A stretch of 64,000 nt of DNA, taken from assembly GCA_040389905.1 (NCBI GenBank), contig JAZJZK010000006.1, forward strand, positions 116,892-180,891, read 5' to 3'. The position numbers were made by a program, and so were the translations under genes. How positions within the stretch are numbered: the stretch's first letter is position 1; every line of letters begins with the position of its first letter. Source of the stretch: Gemmatimonadota bacterium. GTDB taxonomy: Bacteria; Gemmatimonadota; Gemmatimonadetes; Gemmatimonadales; Gemmatimonadaceae. Below the pieces are notes generated by a model that was not told the DNA's origin, did not search any database, and worked only from the letters and a program-made list of their open reading frames with translations. Shown here piece after piece: positions 8,996-18,150 of this stretch.

Positions 8996-10779
8996 GTTCG
9001 CTGGATCTCGCGCTCATCGGCAACGGAACGATCGGGGCGCTGATCGACGCGTCGGCCAGCGTGGTGTGGTCGTGTTTTCCGCGTTTCGATGGCGATCCAA
9101 TGTTCTGTGCCTTGCTGCGGGCGAACCCACCGGCAGATAACGCGGGCGAGTTCCGCATCACGCTCGCGAACATGACGCGGGTTGAGCAGGAATACCTTAC
9201 CAATACCCCCGTCCTCGTGACGCGGCTGTTCGACGCCGAAGGCGGGGCGATCGAGATCGCAGACTTTGCGCCTCGCTTTCAGCAGTATGGTCGAGTCTTC
9301 TGTCCCATGATGCTCGTGCGCCGAGTGACCCGACTTGCAGGTGCGCCACGCATCAGCGTGTGCCTCTGTCCAGCGCGAGACTACGGCGCCGCGCGCGCAG
9401 GCGTAACGAGCGGGAGCAATCACATCCGATATGTCGGGTCGAACACGGTGCTCCGGTTGACGACGGATGCCTCGATTTCCGCGTTGCTCGAGGGAAACAG
9501 GTTCACGCTGGAAGACGGCATCACGATGCTACTCGGGCCGGACGAAACGACACCCAGCAGTGTTGCGGAACTCGGACGACACTTCCAGAGCGAGACGATC
9601 GCCTACTGGCGGACCTGGGTTCGGTCGCTGGCGATTCCCTTCGAGTGGCAAGCGGCGGTCATTCGTGCGGCCATCACCCTCAAGCTCAATGTGTTTGAGG
9701 ATACGGGCGCGATCATCGCCGCAATGACAACGTCGATTCCGGAGGCGCCCTCCACGGAGCGCACGTGGGACTACCGCTATTGCTGGCTTCGCGATGCCTA
9801 TTTCGTCATCAATGCACTGAACCGTCTGGGCGCCACTCGCTCGATGGAGCGGTACCTCCACTACATCATGGACATCGTCGCCAGTACGGGTGACGGTCGC
9901 ATCAAGCCACTGTACGGCATCAGCGGACGTCCAGCGCCTACCGAGATTACGGTGACGTCTCTCTCTGGCTACCGGGGGATGGGACCCGTCAGACTCGGCA
10001 ATGCCGCACAGGATCAGATCCAGCACGACGTGTACGGCGCCGTCGTCCTCGCCGCGCCACACGCCTTCTTCGATGAACGATTGGTCCAGCGTGGCGATGT
10101 CGCGCTCTTTCGCCGGCTCGAGACACTCGGTGTCCGCGCAGCCCAGAATTTTGATGTGCCCGATGCAGGAATATGGGAACTCCGGGGCATGGAACGCGTG
10201 CACACGTTTTCAAGCGTCATGTGCTGGGCTGCGTGTGACCGGCTCGCGCGCATTGCCGCGCACCTGGGGATGTTGCCTGAGGCAGCGTACTGGGCCAGTG
10301 AAGCGGGACGGTTGCATGCCGTGATCTGCGAGCGCTCGTGGAACCCGTCGCGGGGCAGTTTTGTCGCCGCCATGGATGGTGACACACTCGACGCGAGCCT
10401 GTTGCGCCTCCACGAGGTGGGATTCCTCGCCGCGGACGATCCTCGTTTCGCCGGAACGGTGAAGGCGATCGAGGCCGAATTGCGACACGGTGACTTCATC
10501 TACCGGTATTCCGAACCGGACGATTTTGGCGTGCCCACCAATGCGTTCCTCGCGTGTACTTTCTGGTTCATCAATGCGCTCGCGGCCCTTGGCCGACGTG
10601 ACGAGGCGCGCGCGCTGTTCGAGAATATTCTCGCGTCGCGCGGCCGGCACGGACTGCTCGCGGAGGATATCGACGCGAGGTCACGGGAGCAGTGGGGCAA
10701 TTTCGTGCAGACGTACAGCATGGTCGGCATCATCGATTCAGCGGCTCGTCTCTCACTCTCGTGGGATCAGGCGTATTGA
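8992..10779 (+). CDS. Glycoside hydrolase family 15 (trehalase/glucoamylase-like)
   Basis: ALIGNG, PRFDG, AAMTTSIPE, WDYRYCWLRDA, QHDVYG, DAGIWELRG, GNFVQTYS. Confidence 0.92.
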   Translation: MSSLDLALIGNGTIGALIDASASVVWSCFPRFDGDPMFCALLRANPPADNAGEFRITLANMTRVEQEYLTNTPVLVTRLFDAEGGAIEIADFAPRFQQYGRVFCPMMLVRRVTRLAGAPRISVCLCPARDYGAARAGVTSGSNHIRYVGSNTVLRLTTDASISALLEGNRFTLEDGITMLLGPDETTPSSVAELGRHFQSETIAYWRTWVRSLAIPFEWQAAVIRAAITLKLNVFEDTGAIIAAMTTSIPEAPSTERTWDYRYCWLRDAYFVINALNRLGATRSMERYLHYIMDIVASTGDGRIKPLYGISGRPAPTEITVTSLSGYRGMGPVRLGNAAQDQIQHDVYGAVVLAAPHAFFDERLVQRGDVALFRRLETLGVRAAQNFDVPDAGIWELRGMERVHTFSSVMCWAACDRLARIAAHLGMLPEAAYWASEAGRLHAVICERSWNPSRGSFVAAMDGDTLDASLLRLHEVGFLAADDPRFAGTVKAIEAELRHGDFIYRYSEPDDFGVPTNAFLACTFWFINALAALGRRDEARALFENILASRGRHGLLAEDIDARSREQWGNFVQTYSMVGIIDSAARLSLSWDQAY

Positions 10780-10950
10780 CATCGACACCTCAAACGCCTC
10801 TCGCCGTTCATGCGGCATCGCCGACGCTGCCGAAACCCATCGCCGGTTCGCACGCGACCGGCGGGACACGTAGACTCTTGTGATGGTGGTCTACGACTCG
10901 ACTTGCCTGCGCGCGGACGTCCGCGACGCAACCCCCGGCCAAGGCACGAG

Positions 10951-12735
10951 ATGAACCTCTCGTGGAGCAGCCCCGTGGTCGCCGGCGAGGCGTTCGGACG
11001 ACGGGTCGCGGAATTGGTCGAGGATCTGCGCCGCCGCGAAGACCGGTTTGCACTCGTGCTGAGCGTGTTGATCGGCGCGGCGGTCGGGCTCGTCATCGTC
11101 GCCTTCGTCCTTATCACGGGGCGCCTTGCAGCGCGGCTGTATCCCGTGGGCGGCGCAGACTGGCGTCGCATTGCGGTCCCGACGGTCGGTTCTCTCGTTA
11201 CCGGTTGGCTCCTCGTTCGATTCTTTCCAGAGGCGCGAGGAAGCGGCATTCCGCAGACGCGGGCGGCCATCTTCGTCAACGAGGGGGGGATTTCGCTTCG
11301 AACCGTCGTCGGGAAGTTCGTGTGCTGTGTGATGTCACTGTCGTCTGGAATTGCGCTCGGTCGTGAGGGGCCCTCCGTACACATCGGCGCCGGTATCGCC
11401 TCCGTTGTTTCGCGACGCTTCGGTCTCAGCCGTGCACAGGTGCGGTGGCTGATTCCGGTGGGTGCATCGGCGGCGCTCGCAGCCGCATTCAATACGCCGA
11501 TCGCGGCGGTGCTCTTCTCTCTCGAGGAGATTGTCGGTGATTTGCACGCGCCCATCCTGGGATCGATTGTCCTGAGTGCCGTGACGTCCTGGATGGCGAT
11601 GCATCTTGTCCTCGGCAATGACCCGCTATTTCATGTTGGCGCATACCAGCTCGTCAGTTCCCGGGAACTGCTCGCCTATGTCGTCCTGGGAATCGTCGGA
11701 GGGCTCGGCTCCGTCGGCTTCGTGAAGCTGCTTTTGTGGTTGCGCCTGCGCTTTCATGCGCTGCCACACGAAACCTTGTGGTTCCAGCCGGTCGCCGGCG
11801 GCCTTACGGTCGGACTTCTGGGATTCGCCGTGCCTCAGGTGCTTGGCGTGGGATACGATCAGGTCGACCGCGTACTGGGCGGGAATGTGGTGCTGTCCTT
11901 TGTCGTCATTCTCGCGGTCCTCAAGATCGTGGCGACCGCCGTCTGCTATGCGTCCGGAAACGCTGGCGGGATATTCGGCCCGAGTATGTTCATCGGTGCG
12001 ATGATCGGCGCCGCCGTTGGACAGGTGGCACACCACGCCTTCCCCGCGTCCACTGCTGGCGCCGGCGCGTATGCGCTGGTTGGCATGGGTACCGCATTCG
12101 CCGGCATCCTTCGCACGCCGCTCACGTCGGTGATCATGATCTTCGAGGTCACTCGCGACTATACGATCATCGTGCCGCTCATGACGTCGAATCTCATCGC
12201 GTTCTACATCTCACAACGTCTTCAGCACGAACCGATATATGAGGCGCTCGCTCGGCAGGATGGAATTCACCTTCCCACCGGACGCTTTCGTGAGCAAGGC
12301 CGCCACCTTCGGGTGAATGGCGCAGTGCGTGAAGCACCGGAACTGCTTCCCGTCGATGAGACGGTCGGTTGGGCGTTGGCACGGTCGGCCGCCACACCGC
12401 TTGAGTCATGGCCTGTCGGTGATCCCGTGGATTTCCTCGGCATGGTCCGCGTCGCTGATCTTGCCGCTGCGAACCCCGATGCCACCGTGCGGGACGTGCT
12501 GGATCGCACCGGCGGCAGTACCGCCGAGCAAGGATTTCCGCACGTTCATGGCGACCACCCACTCGGTCAGGCCCTGGCCATCATGGGGAGGACGCGTCTC
12601 AGCGTCCTGCCCGTCGTGTCGCGCGCCAATGTCCGCATCCTCCTCGGCGTCGTGACGCTTGCAGATATCCTCGCGGCCTATGGCGTGGAGCGCGCGGAAG
12701 AGGTGCCGCCCGACGACATGGTGCGCGATGACTGA
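10951..12735 (+). CDS. ClC chloride channel/H+-Cl- antiporter with CBS domains
   Basis: GSGIP, GREGPS, AFNTPIAA, GGIFGP signature motifs; C-terminal CBS-like region. Confidence 0.92.
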   Translation: MNLSWSSPVVAGEAFGRRVAELVEDLRRREDRFALVLSVLIGAAVGLVIVAFVLITGRLAARLYPVGGADWRRIAVPTVGSLVTGWLLVRFFPEARGSGIPQTRAAIFVNEGGISLRTVVGKFVCCVMSLSSGIALGREGPSVHIGAGIASVVSRRFGLSRAQVRWLIPVGASAALAAAFNTPIAAVLFSLEEIVGDLHAPILGSIVLSAVTSWMAMHLVLGNDPLFHVGAYQLVSSRELLAYVVLGIVGGLGSVGFVKLLLWLRLRFHALPHETLWFQPVAGGLTVGLLGFAVPQVLGVGYDQVDRVLGGNVVLSFVVILAVLKIVATAVCYASGNAGGIFGPSMFIGAMIGAAVGQVAHHAFPASTAGAGAYALVGMGTAFAGILRTPLTSVIMIFEVTRDYTIIVPLMTSNLIAFYISQRLQHEPIYEALARQDGIHLPTGRFREQGRHLRVNGAVREAPELLPVDETVGWALARSAATPLESWPVGDPVDFLGMVRVADLAAANPDATVRDVLDRTGGSTAEQGFPHVHGDHPLGQALAIMGRTRLSVLPVVSRANVRILLGVVTLADILAAYGVERAEEVPPDDMVRDD

Positions 12736-13834
12736 TCCGCTGCGCATCGTGGCGCTGCACGCGCAACCGAGTCGTGCGTCGACGTTCGTGTCGACGTTCC
12801 TCGGTCTCGTCCTATTCATTGTCGCGCTTTTCTATGTCGATACGCATATCGTGCGTCTCGAGCAACGCGAATCGCTCGTGCGCGCGGCACGCTTGTACGC
12901 CGACGGCGAGACGCTCCTGGTGAAGGGTGACGCCAGCCGTGCGAGCGATCGTTTCGCCTCCGCGGCAGCGATTGATCGTCGCAACACGCGCTATGCGCTC
13001 GCCCTCATTCATGCGATGGTCGCCGATGGCCGTCGGGACGATGCGGAGCGGGAACTCGACGCGTTGCTCGCGCGCGCGGGAAACGACGGAGCCGTCAACC
13101 TGGCAAAAGCACGGATGCTCGCTGCCTCGGATCAGGCAGACGTGGCGCCCGTCTATTATCATCGGTCGATCTATGGAGAATGGAGTGCCGATTCAATTCG
13201 GGCGCGCAACGATGTGCGATTCGAACTGGCGGAACTTCTCGCAACACGGCACGACAGCGGCGCGGTGCTCGCGGAGTTGTTGCCGCTCGAGGCAACATTG
13301 CCCGATAGCGCACCAATGCGCCGGCGGCTCGCGCACCTGTTCCTCGCTGCCGGGTCGCCGCGTCGCAGCGTCCCCATACTTCGCGCACTGCTTCGTTCCA
13401 ACCCGAAAGACGCAGACGCGTACACCGGGCTGGGCGAGGCGGCACTGGCCGTTGGTAATTTTGCTGTGGCACATGCCGACCTGAGTGAAGCGCAGAGACT
13501 TCAACCCGATGACATCAGGAGCGCGACACAACTTGCAATCGCGGACAGCATTCTCGTACTCGATCCGCGGGCGAAGGGACTCACGTTCCGACAGCACGCG
13601 GCACGAGCGAGCCTACTCCTTACCATGGTGATCGGAGAACGGGAACGGTGCGCTGGGCAGGTACCGACGGGTGAGGTTACCAATGCAGCGAGAAGGCTTG
13701 GGAAGGCCTCAGCATGGATGTCACCACAGACGCTGACGGCACTCGCCGTTCAGCTATGGGCGAGCCGAACGACATGTGTGCCGTCGTATGTCGTGAATCG
13801 CGCACTCGTGTTGCTGTTGGCTTCGATGGAGTGA
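12728..13834 (+). CDS. Membrane-anchored tetratricopeptide repeat protein
   Basis: N-terminal TM; TPR-like helices (LRSNPKDADAYTGLGEAAL); overlaps ClC stop. Confidence 0.75.
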   Translation: MTDPLRIVALHAQPSRASTFVSTFLGLVLFIVALFYVDTHIVRLEQRESLVRAARLYADGETLLVKGDASRASDRFASAAAIDRRNTRYALALIHAMVADGRRDDAERELDALLARAGNDGAVNLAKARMLAASDQADVAPVYYHRSIYGEWSADSIRARNDVRFELAELLATRHDSGAVLAELLPLEATLPDSAPMRRRLAHLFLAAGSPRRSVPILRALLRSNPKDADAYTGLGEAALAVGNFAVAHADLSEAQRLQPDDIRSATQLAIADSILVLDPRAKGLTFRQHAARASLLLTMVIGERERCAGQVPTGEVTNAARRLGKASAWMSPQTLTALAVQLWASRTTCVPSYVVNRALVLLLASME

Positions 13835-13875
13835 TCGCGCATCCCGGGGGCACGCCCCTCGGCGCTCACCTCATA

Positions 13876-15060
13876 TCACGGAAAGTGATCGACGAATGCC
13901 GCAATCGCCGCCTGATCCGCGGCGCTTCTCTCCCTCAATCGGCGATCGGCGATAGTCGCTGAGGGCACTGCCATCGCCACGCTAACGCCGCGCAGCAGTT
14001 CCGCCGCGCCGTAGTGTGCCATGGCGAGCGCATAATGATAGGAGCCGTCTTCGAGGCGCGCACCAGAGAACCAGACGCTGACTTCGTCTGTGGCCGGGTA
14101 GTACCGAAAGGTGGATCGATAGACCATGTCGCGCATAGCGCTCACCTGATCGGGTCCGAGCAATGGGCTCGGAAAGACCGTCCAATCCGAACCGTTTACG
14201 CTCGTCGCAAGGAACACCGACGTCCGGCTGCAATCGTGATGCTCGGGATACGCGGTGACGAGGGACCAGTACTCGTTCTTCGCACTGATGTACTGCACAT
14301 CCCAGTGCCATGGGACCCAGCCGGCAATTGACAGGTTCACCTCACGGGAGTCCCCCCATGTGATTCCATCACGAGAGCGTCGCTGGCCGAGGCGAATATC
14401 GGTGGGCTGCGCACGGCATCCGTATGTTCCGGCGTCCACCGTCCACATGCGCCACGAGCCGTCCAGTTCACGGACGACCGCTGGGGAAATGAGACTGTTT
14501 CGCTCCCCTTCGAGCACCAGCGTCGGCGGCTTCCAGTTGACGCCGTCACTACTGCGACGGAGGAAGATCTGGTCGCCGGCCCAATATGCGCGATAGTACA
14601 TGAACAGCTCGTCGCTGACCGGATCGTGTATGATATCCGGATCGGAGAGGTAGCCCTGGGTCGGCGTCGCGAGCGGGTTCGTCACGCCCGGCGGTGGCGC
14701 CCATTCAAGGCCGTTGCCCGTGACAAAGAGCGAGGGGTTCTCGTAGAGAGGGTCTCCCCGGGGGTACGGGGTCGCCGCAAACCAGCGACGCTTTCCATGC
14801 CATGCGTGCGGAAAGACGAAGGCATCTGGGTGAACCAGCTCGCCTGATTCGTCGTACGTCACTGCTCGAAGTACGATGGGCTTCGCGGATATGCCATCCG
14901 CCCTGGGAGGCGGCTCATCGGTTTCGGATATCGCAGGTACCAACGGGGGCCCACTCGGTAAGCCGTCCGTTGCGCAATCAATAGCCAACAGCGTGACGCA
15001 TCCGGTGACGAGAAGCCGCCGAATGACCTTCGGAGTGCCTGCGCGTGTGGGGGCTGACAT
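13876..15060 (-). CDS. Exported beta-propeller glycoside-hydrolase-like protein
   Basis: VHPD...ATPYP...YENPSL, SDPD, Asp-box-like SSDGVNW / SRDGITW / SVNGSDW; signal-peptide-like N-terminus. Confidence 0.65.
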   Translation of the reverse strand: MSAPTRAGTPKVIRRLLVTGCVTLLAIDCATDGLPSGPPLVPAISETDEPPPRADGISAKPIVLRAVTYDESGELVHPDAFVFPHAWHGKRRWFAATPYPRGDPLYENPSLFVTGNGLEWAPPPGVTNPLATPTQGYLSDPDIIHDPVSDELFMYYRAYWAGDQIFLRRSSDGVNWKPPTLVLEGERNSLISPAVVRELDGSWRMWTVDAGTYGCRAQPTDIRLGQRRSRDGITWGDSREVNLSIAGWVPWHWDVQYISAKNEYWSLVTAYPEHHDCSRTSVFLATSVNGSDWTVFPSPLLGPDQVSAMRDMVYRSTFRYYPATDEVSVWFSGARLEDGSYHYALAMAHYGAAELLRGVSVAMAVPSATIADRRLRERSAADQAAIAAFVDHFP

Positions 15061-15313
15061 ATGAACATCAATATATATCCCATCGGTGCCGTGGCCAGTA
15101 CGCCGCAATCGGATACCAACATCGGGCCAACGGCAACGCCGACCGCGCCGTCACCGCCCCTTCACCGATCCGCGGCGGCTTGTGGATCACAAGCGCCCGC
15201 GGTCACTCGGAACTCCCATCGCGGCGCCACGGTGATGGTCAAGCGGTCGTCCCGTGCTGCATCGGTGTCGCGGAGTTCCGCGAGCATTGCGCGGTGCTGA
15301 TTCGTAATGCGAC

Positions 15314-16843
15314 CTACCGGCGCACCAGCGGGCCCTTTGATACAGGCAACGGCGGAGGGGCACGGGCGACCTCCGAGAGGAGAACGCGGACTGAATCGAG
15401 CCACGCGCGTTCGGCCTGCGGAGCTGCGATCAATGCTGACGTGGGCAAGGCAACGGCCCGCACGCGCACTGGGAACCCGGTTTCCGCGCTGACGGCGCGC
15501 CCAAGGAGCGCTGCGCCACTCTCGCCCAGGGGAGGGCCAAGGTGGTGCAGGGTGACTGCCGCAGTATCGCCGGAGGCAATCGTTAGCTCCCATGCCAGGA
15601 GCTGCCCCGCCTCACGCGGGAAGAGTGTGCGTAGCGCCAGGCCGGTACGATTGCGTACAGCTACGAGGGGATTCGCGTCGACGTTCTGCGGCGCGTGCGT
15701 TACCGCGACCGCGGCCTCGCGCAGCATTTTCGTATCAGATACGGCAACCACGGAAACCGTGGGGCGAACTCCAACCGAACGCATGACTCGGGTCACGAGC
15801 GTGTCTTCCACCGCCCGGGCCTGCCGCGCGGTGCCGATCACCAGCAGGCGAATTGACAATGCGTTGCGATCGACGACCAGCGCCGTTTGCATGGCATGCG
15901 GGCTCGCCTCCTCGACGAGACGCCGAACGGTGTCGCGTGTGCGCACTTCCCACGTGACCTCCGTGAGTGCACGACGGAGGGGGACATAGATGACGGCAAG
16001 AAACGCAGCCGGAATCAGGACCCGCATTGCCACACCGTACCGAGAACCAAAGGCGCGGTGGATCGTCCTGTGAACGCGATACGCGAGGCGATCCGAGCGA
16101 GTGTCCGGCGCCTCGATAAAGTCACGCTCGACGATCTCCGCATCCACCTGATTGAAGCCGAGAAGGAGGAAGCTGATGACGGACAGGACGAGAATGGCGG
16201 AGAGATTCGCCGTGAAGAGCAGCATCGCACCGTTCGCCACGGCCGGGTCGAATGTGCCAAGCCCGAACCCGATGACGCAGAGGGGTGGCACGAGCGCGAT
16301 TCCGATTGCCGTCCCCGCGGCAGCCGCGGTGGAATCCGTGCCCGGACGGACGGTGGTATAGGCTGCCGTCAGCGCGCAGAATGCTGCGACGAGCAAGTCG
16401 AGTGCTGTCGGAGCCGTTCGCGTCGAGATCTCGGCGGTGATCTCATGAAAGGGCAGCGCAAGGGTCAGCATCGCCGCACCAAGTACAACGAGAGCAATAC
16501 TCAGGAGTACGCGGAGCGATGCGCGCATCACCAGCAGTGAAGAGCCGACGGCGAAGCCCATCCCGAGTTCCAGGATTGGCCCCATCAACGGTGACACGAG
16601 CATCGCGCCGATGACCACGGCGGTGCTTCCGAGCACGAGACCTAGTGTGGCGATGCCCATCGCGAGGACGAGCTGGATCCAGTAACCGGGGGCACGCCGA
16701 GCGTTGTTCTCGAGCATGGTGACAACGGTTTGCATGCGCTGATCGTCACCGATGCCAATCCCACTGGCCATATTGTGTTGTGCTCGACGCGCCAGCGCTG
16801 CAATGCGCGTGCGCCAGCGCACCGCGTCGCCCCGAGCGCGCAA
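15314..16843 (-). CDS. DUF389 domain membrane protein
   Basis: IATLGLVLGSTAVVIGAMLVSPLMGPI, RTAPTALDLLVA, GTAIGIALVPPLCVIG; start uncertain. Confidence 0.85.
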   Translation of the reverse strand: MRARGDAVRWRTRIAALARRAQHNMASGIGIGDDQRMQTVVTMLENNARRAPGYWIQLVLAMGIATLGLVLGSTAVVIGAMLVSPLMGPILELGMGFAVGSSLLVMRASLRVLLSIALVVLGAAMLTLALPFHEITAEISTRTAPTALDLLVAAFCALTAAYTTVRPGTDSTAAAAGTAIGIALVPPLCVIGFGLGTFDPAVANGAMLLFTANLSAILVLSVISFLLLGFNQVDAEIVERDFIEAPDTRSDRLAYRVHRTIHRAFGSRYGVAMRVLIPAAFLAVIYVPLRRALTEVTWEVRTRDTVRRLVEEASPHAMQTALVVDRNALSIRLLVIGTARQARAVEDTLVTRVMRSVGVRPTVSVVAVSDTKMLREAAVAVTHAPQNVDANPLVAVRNRTGLALRTLFPREAGQLLAWELTIASGDTAAVTLHHLGPPLGESGAALLGRAVSAETGFPVRVRAVALPTSALIAAPQAERAWLDSVRVLLSEVARAPPPLPVSKGPLVRR

Positions 16844-16845
16844 CG

Positions 16846-17124
16846 TCAGTTCTTCGTGGCTCTGTTCTTGTCCACGATTGCGACAATGATCAGAGCGAAT
16901 GCCGTCAACCGAATGACGTAGTACCACATGTTGTCGCCGATCATGTCCGTGGCCAGCGCGAGGGCGATCCGTTGCAGCAGGAGGAGGACAAAGGATGCGG
17001 CAAAGAAGGCGAAGAGTCGGTCGCCGCTCCGGCGCCAGAACTTGAGAAAGTACAGCGCGGCCACGGCATACCCCGCGGCGAGCATTCCGGAGATGAATAG
17101 CGTGACGTCATGCGTCGCCATCAT
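16846..17124 (-). CDS. Small membrane protein, DUF5985-like
   Basis: GMLAAGYAVAALYFLKFWRRSGDRLF...YVIRLTAFALIIVAIVDKNR. Confidence 0.8.
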   Translation of the reverse strand: MMATHDVTLFISGMLAAGYAVAALYFLKFWRRSGDRLFAFFAASFVLLLLQRIALALATDMIGDNMWYYVIRLTAFALIIVAIVDKNRATKN

Positions 17125-17381
17125 CGGTCCGATTCCCACACGAGGCCGTAGAGCAACAGGGCGATGCCGACGAGCGCTGGAAGCGAGCGCACGACGGACA
17201 GGTCCCGCGCGGGCAGGACGCGCTCGTCGATGATCAATAGGACGTTGTTCAAGGCAAAGCACGCGAAGCAGAGTGCACTCCAGAGGAGCAGACGGAGCTG
17301 GCTTCGCCGATACCCGCGCAGAAGCATGACCGCACAACCAAGACTCGTGAGCGCGCAGAGGGCGTAGACGAGCAGTCCCAT
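17121..17381 (-). CDS. Small membrane protein, DUF5985-like
   Basis: VYALCALTSLGCAVMLLRGYRRSQLRLLLWSALCFACFALNN...LLLYGLVWE. Confidence 0.8.
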   Translation of the reverse strand: MGLLVYALCALTSLGCAVMLLRGYRRSQLRLLLWSALCFACFALNNVLLIIDERVLPARDLSVVRSLPALVGIALLLYGLVWESDR

Positions 17382-17382
17382 A

Positions 17383-17811
17383 TCACTCGCCAACCTTGCG
17401 AACGCGGAAGGCGTCCGCGAAGCTCTGGACGGCACGAGCGGGACGATCGTAGAGGGCGCGAATAAGCGTCACAGGCTTTCTGTGGTACATGTCGGCCAAT
17501 CGATCGATCGTTTGTCGCACTTCTTCCACCGGCGCATACCGGAACATCTCCCCGTCCCGTTGCAAGAGGCCGCTCGATACGAGATCGCGTGCCACGCGCT
17601 CGATGACCTGTGCTTCCAGCCGCGTCGTCACGGCGAGACCCGCGATCTGGTGCGCCGCGTCTGGAGCGTTGCGCATGGCAAGAAGCACCGCGACGTGATC
17701 CAACGACGGCATGTGCTGAACAATGAAGGCCTGGAGGGCGGCGGGCGGGAGGTCGTCGCCGGCCTCCGCACGAGGCGGCTCGTCGGACCGCGGTTGATCA
17801 GGCGACGGCAT
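17383..17811 (-). CDS. Hypothetical winged-helix protein
   Basis: FIVQHMPSLDHVAVLL...DLVSSGLL...LADMYHRKPVTLIRALY...VQSFADAFRVRK. Confidence 0.75.
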   Translation of the reverse strand: MPSPDQPRSDEPPRAEAGDDLPPAALQAFIVQHMPSLDHVAVLLAMRNAPDAAHQIAGLAVTTRLEAQVIERVARDLVSSGLLQRDGEMFRYAPVEEVRQTIDRLADMYHRKPVTLIRALYDRPARAVQSFADAFRVRKVGE

Positions 17812-18024
17812 TTGCAAACGTCACGATCATCCTTGGCGCGAGCGGCGCCTGGGCGAAGTACATGTACGTTAATATATCTTGCGCGACGCGGCACGACCAG
17901 CACTGACTGTGCGCGTCACGCGCCGCCCTGACAGCGGACTGAGGCGCAGGCCCTCCGCTTCGCTCCCTTCGTCGCTCGTGCTCCTCGAGTGCTGGTAAGC
18001 GACGACCGAGCGAAAAACGGCCGT

Positions 18025-18042
18025 CGTTACACGTCCGTTGCA
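18025..18042 (+). promoter_or_regulatory. Pho-box-like direct repeat upstream of TonB receptor
   Basis: CGTTACA (18025) and CGTTGCA (18036), 11-bp spacing. Confidence 0.35.
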
Positions 18043-18150
18043 ATATCGAAAGCATAACGAGACGAGTCAGGGACTTCTTTCGGGCGAAATCAGGGGCAGG
18101 CCAGTATACGCGTGCCTGCGAGCAATCCCCTTCGACCCAATCGACGCCCT

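Noticed and set aside
17925..17995. Possible structured ncRNA between the wHTH gene and the TonB receptor
   Set aside because: Only a weak GC-rich stem (AGCGGA...TCCGCT); no recognisable riboswitch or tRNA features
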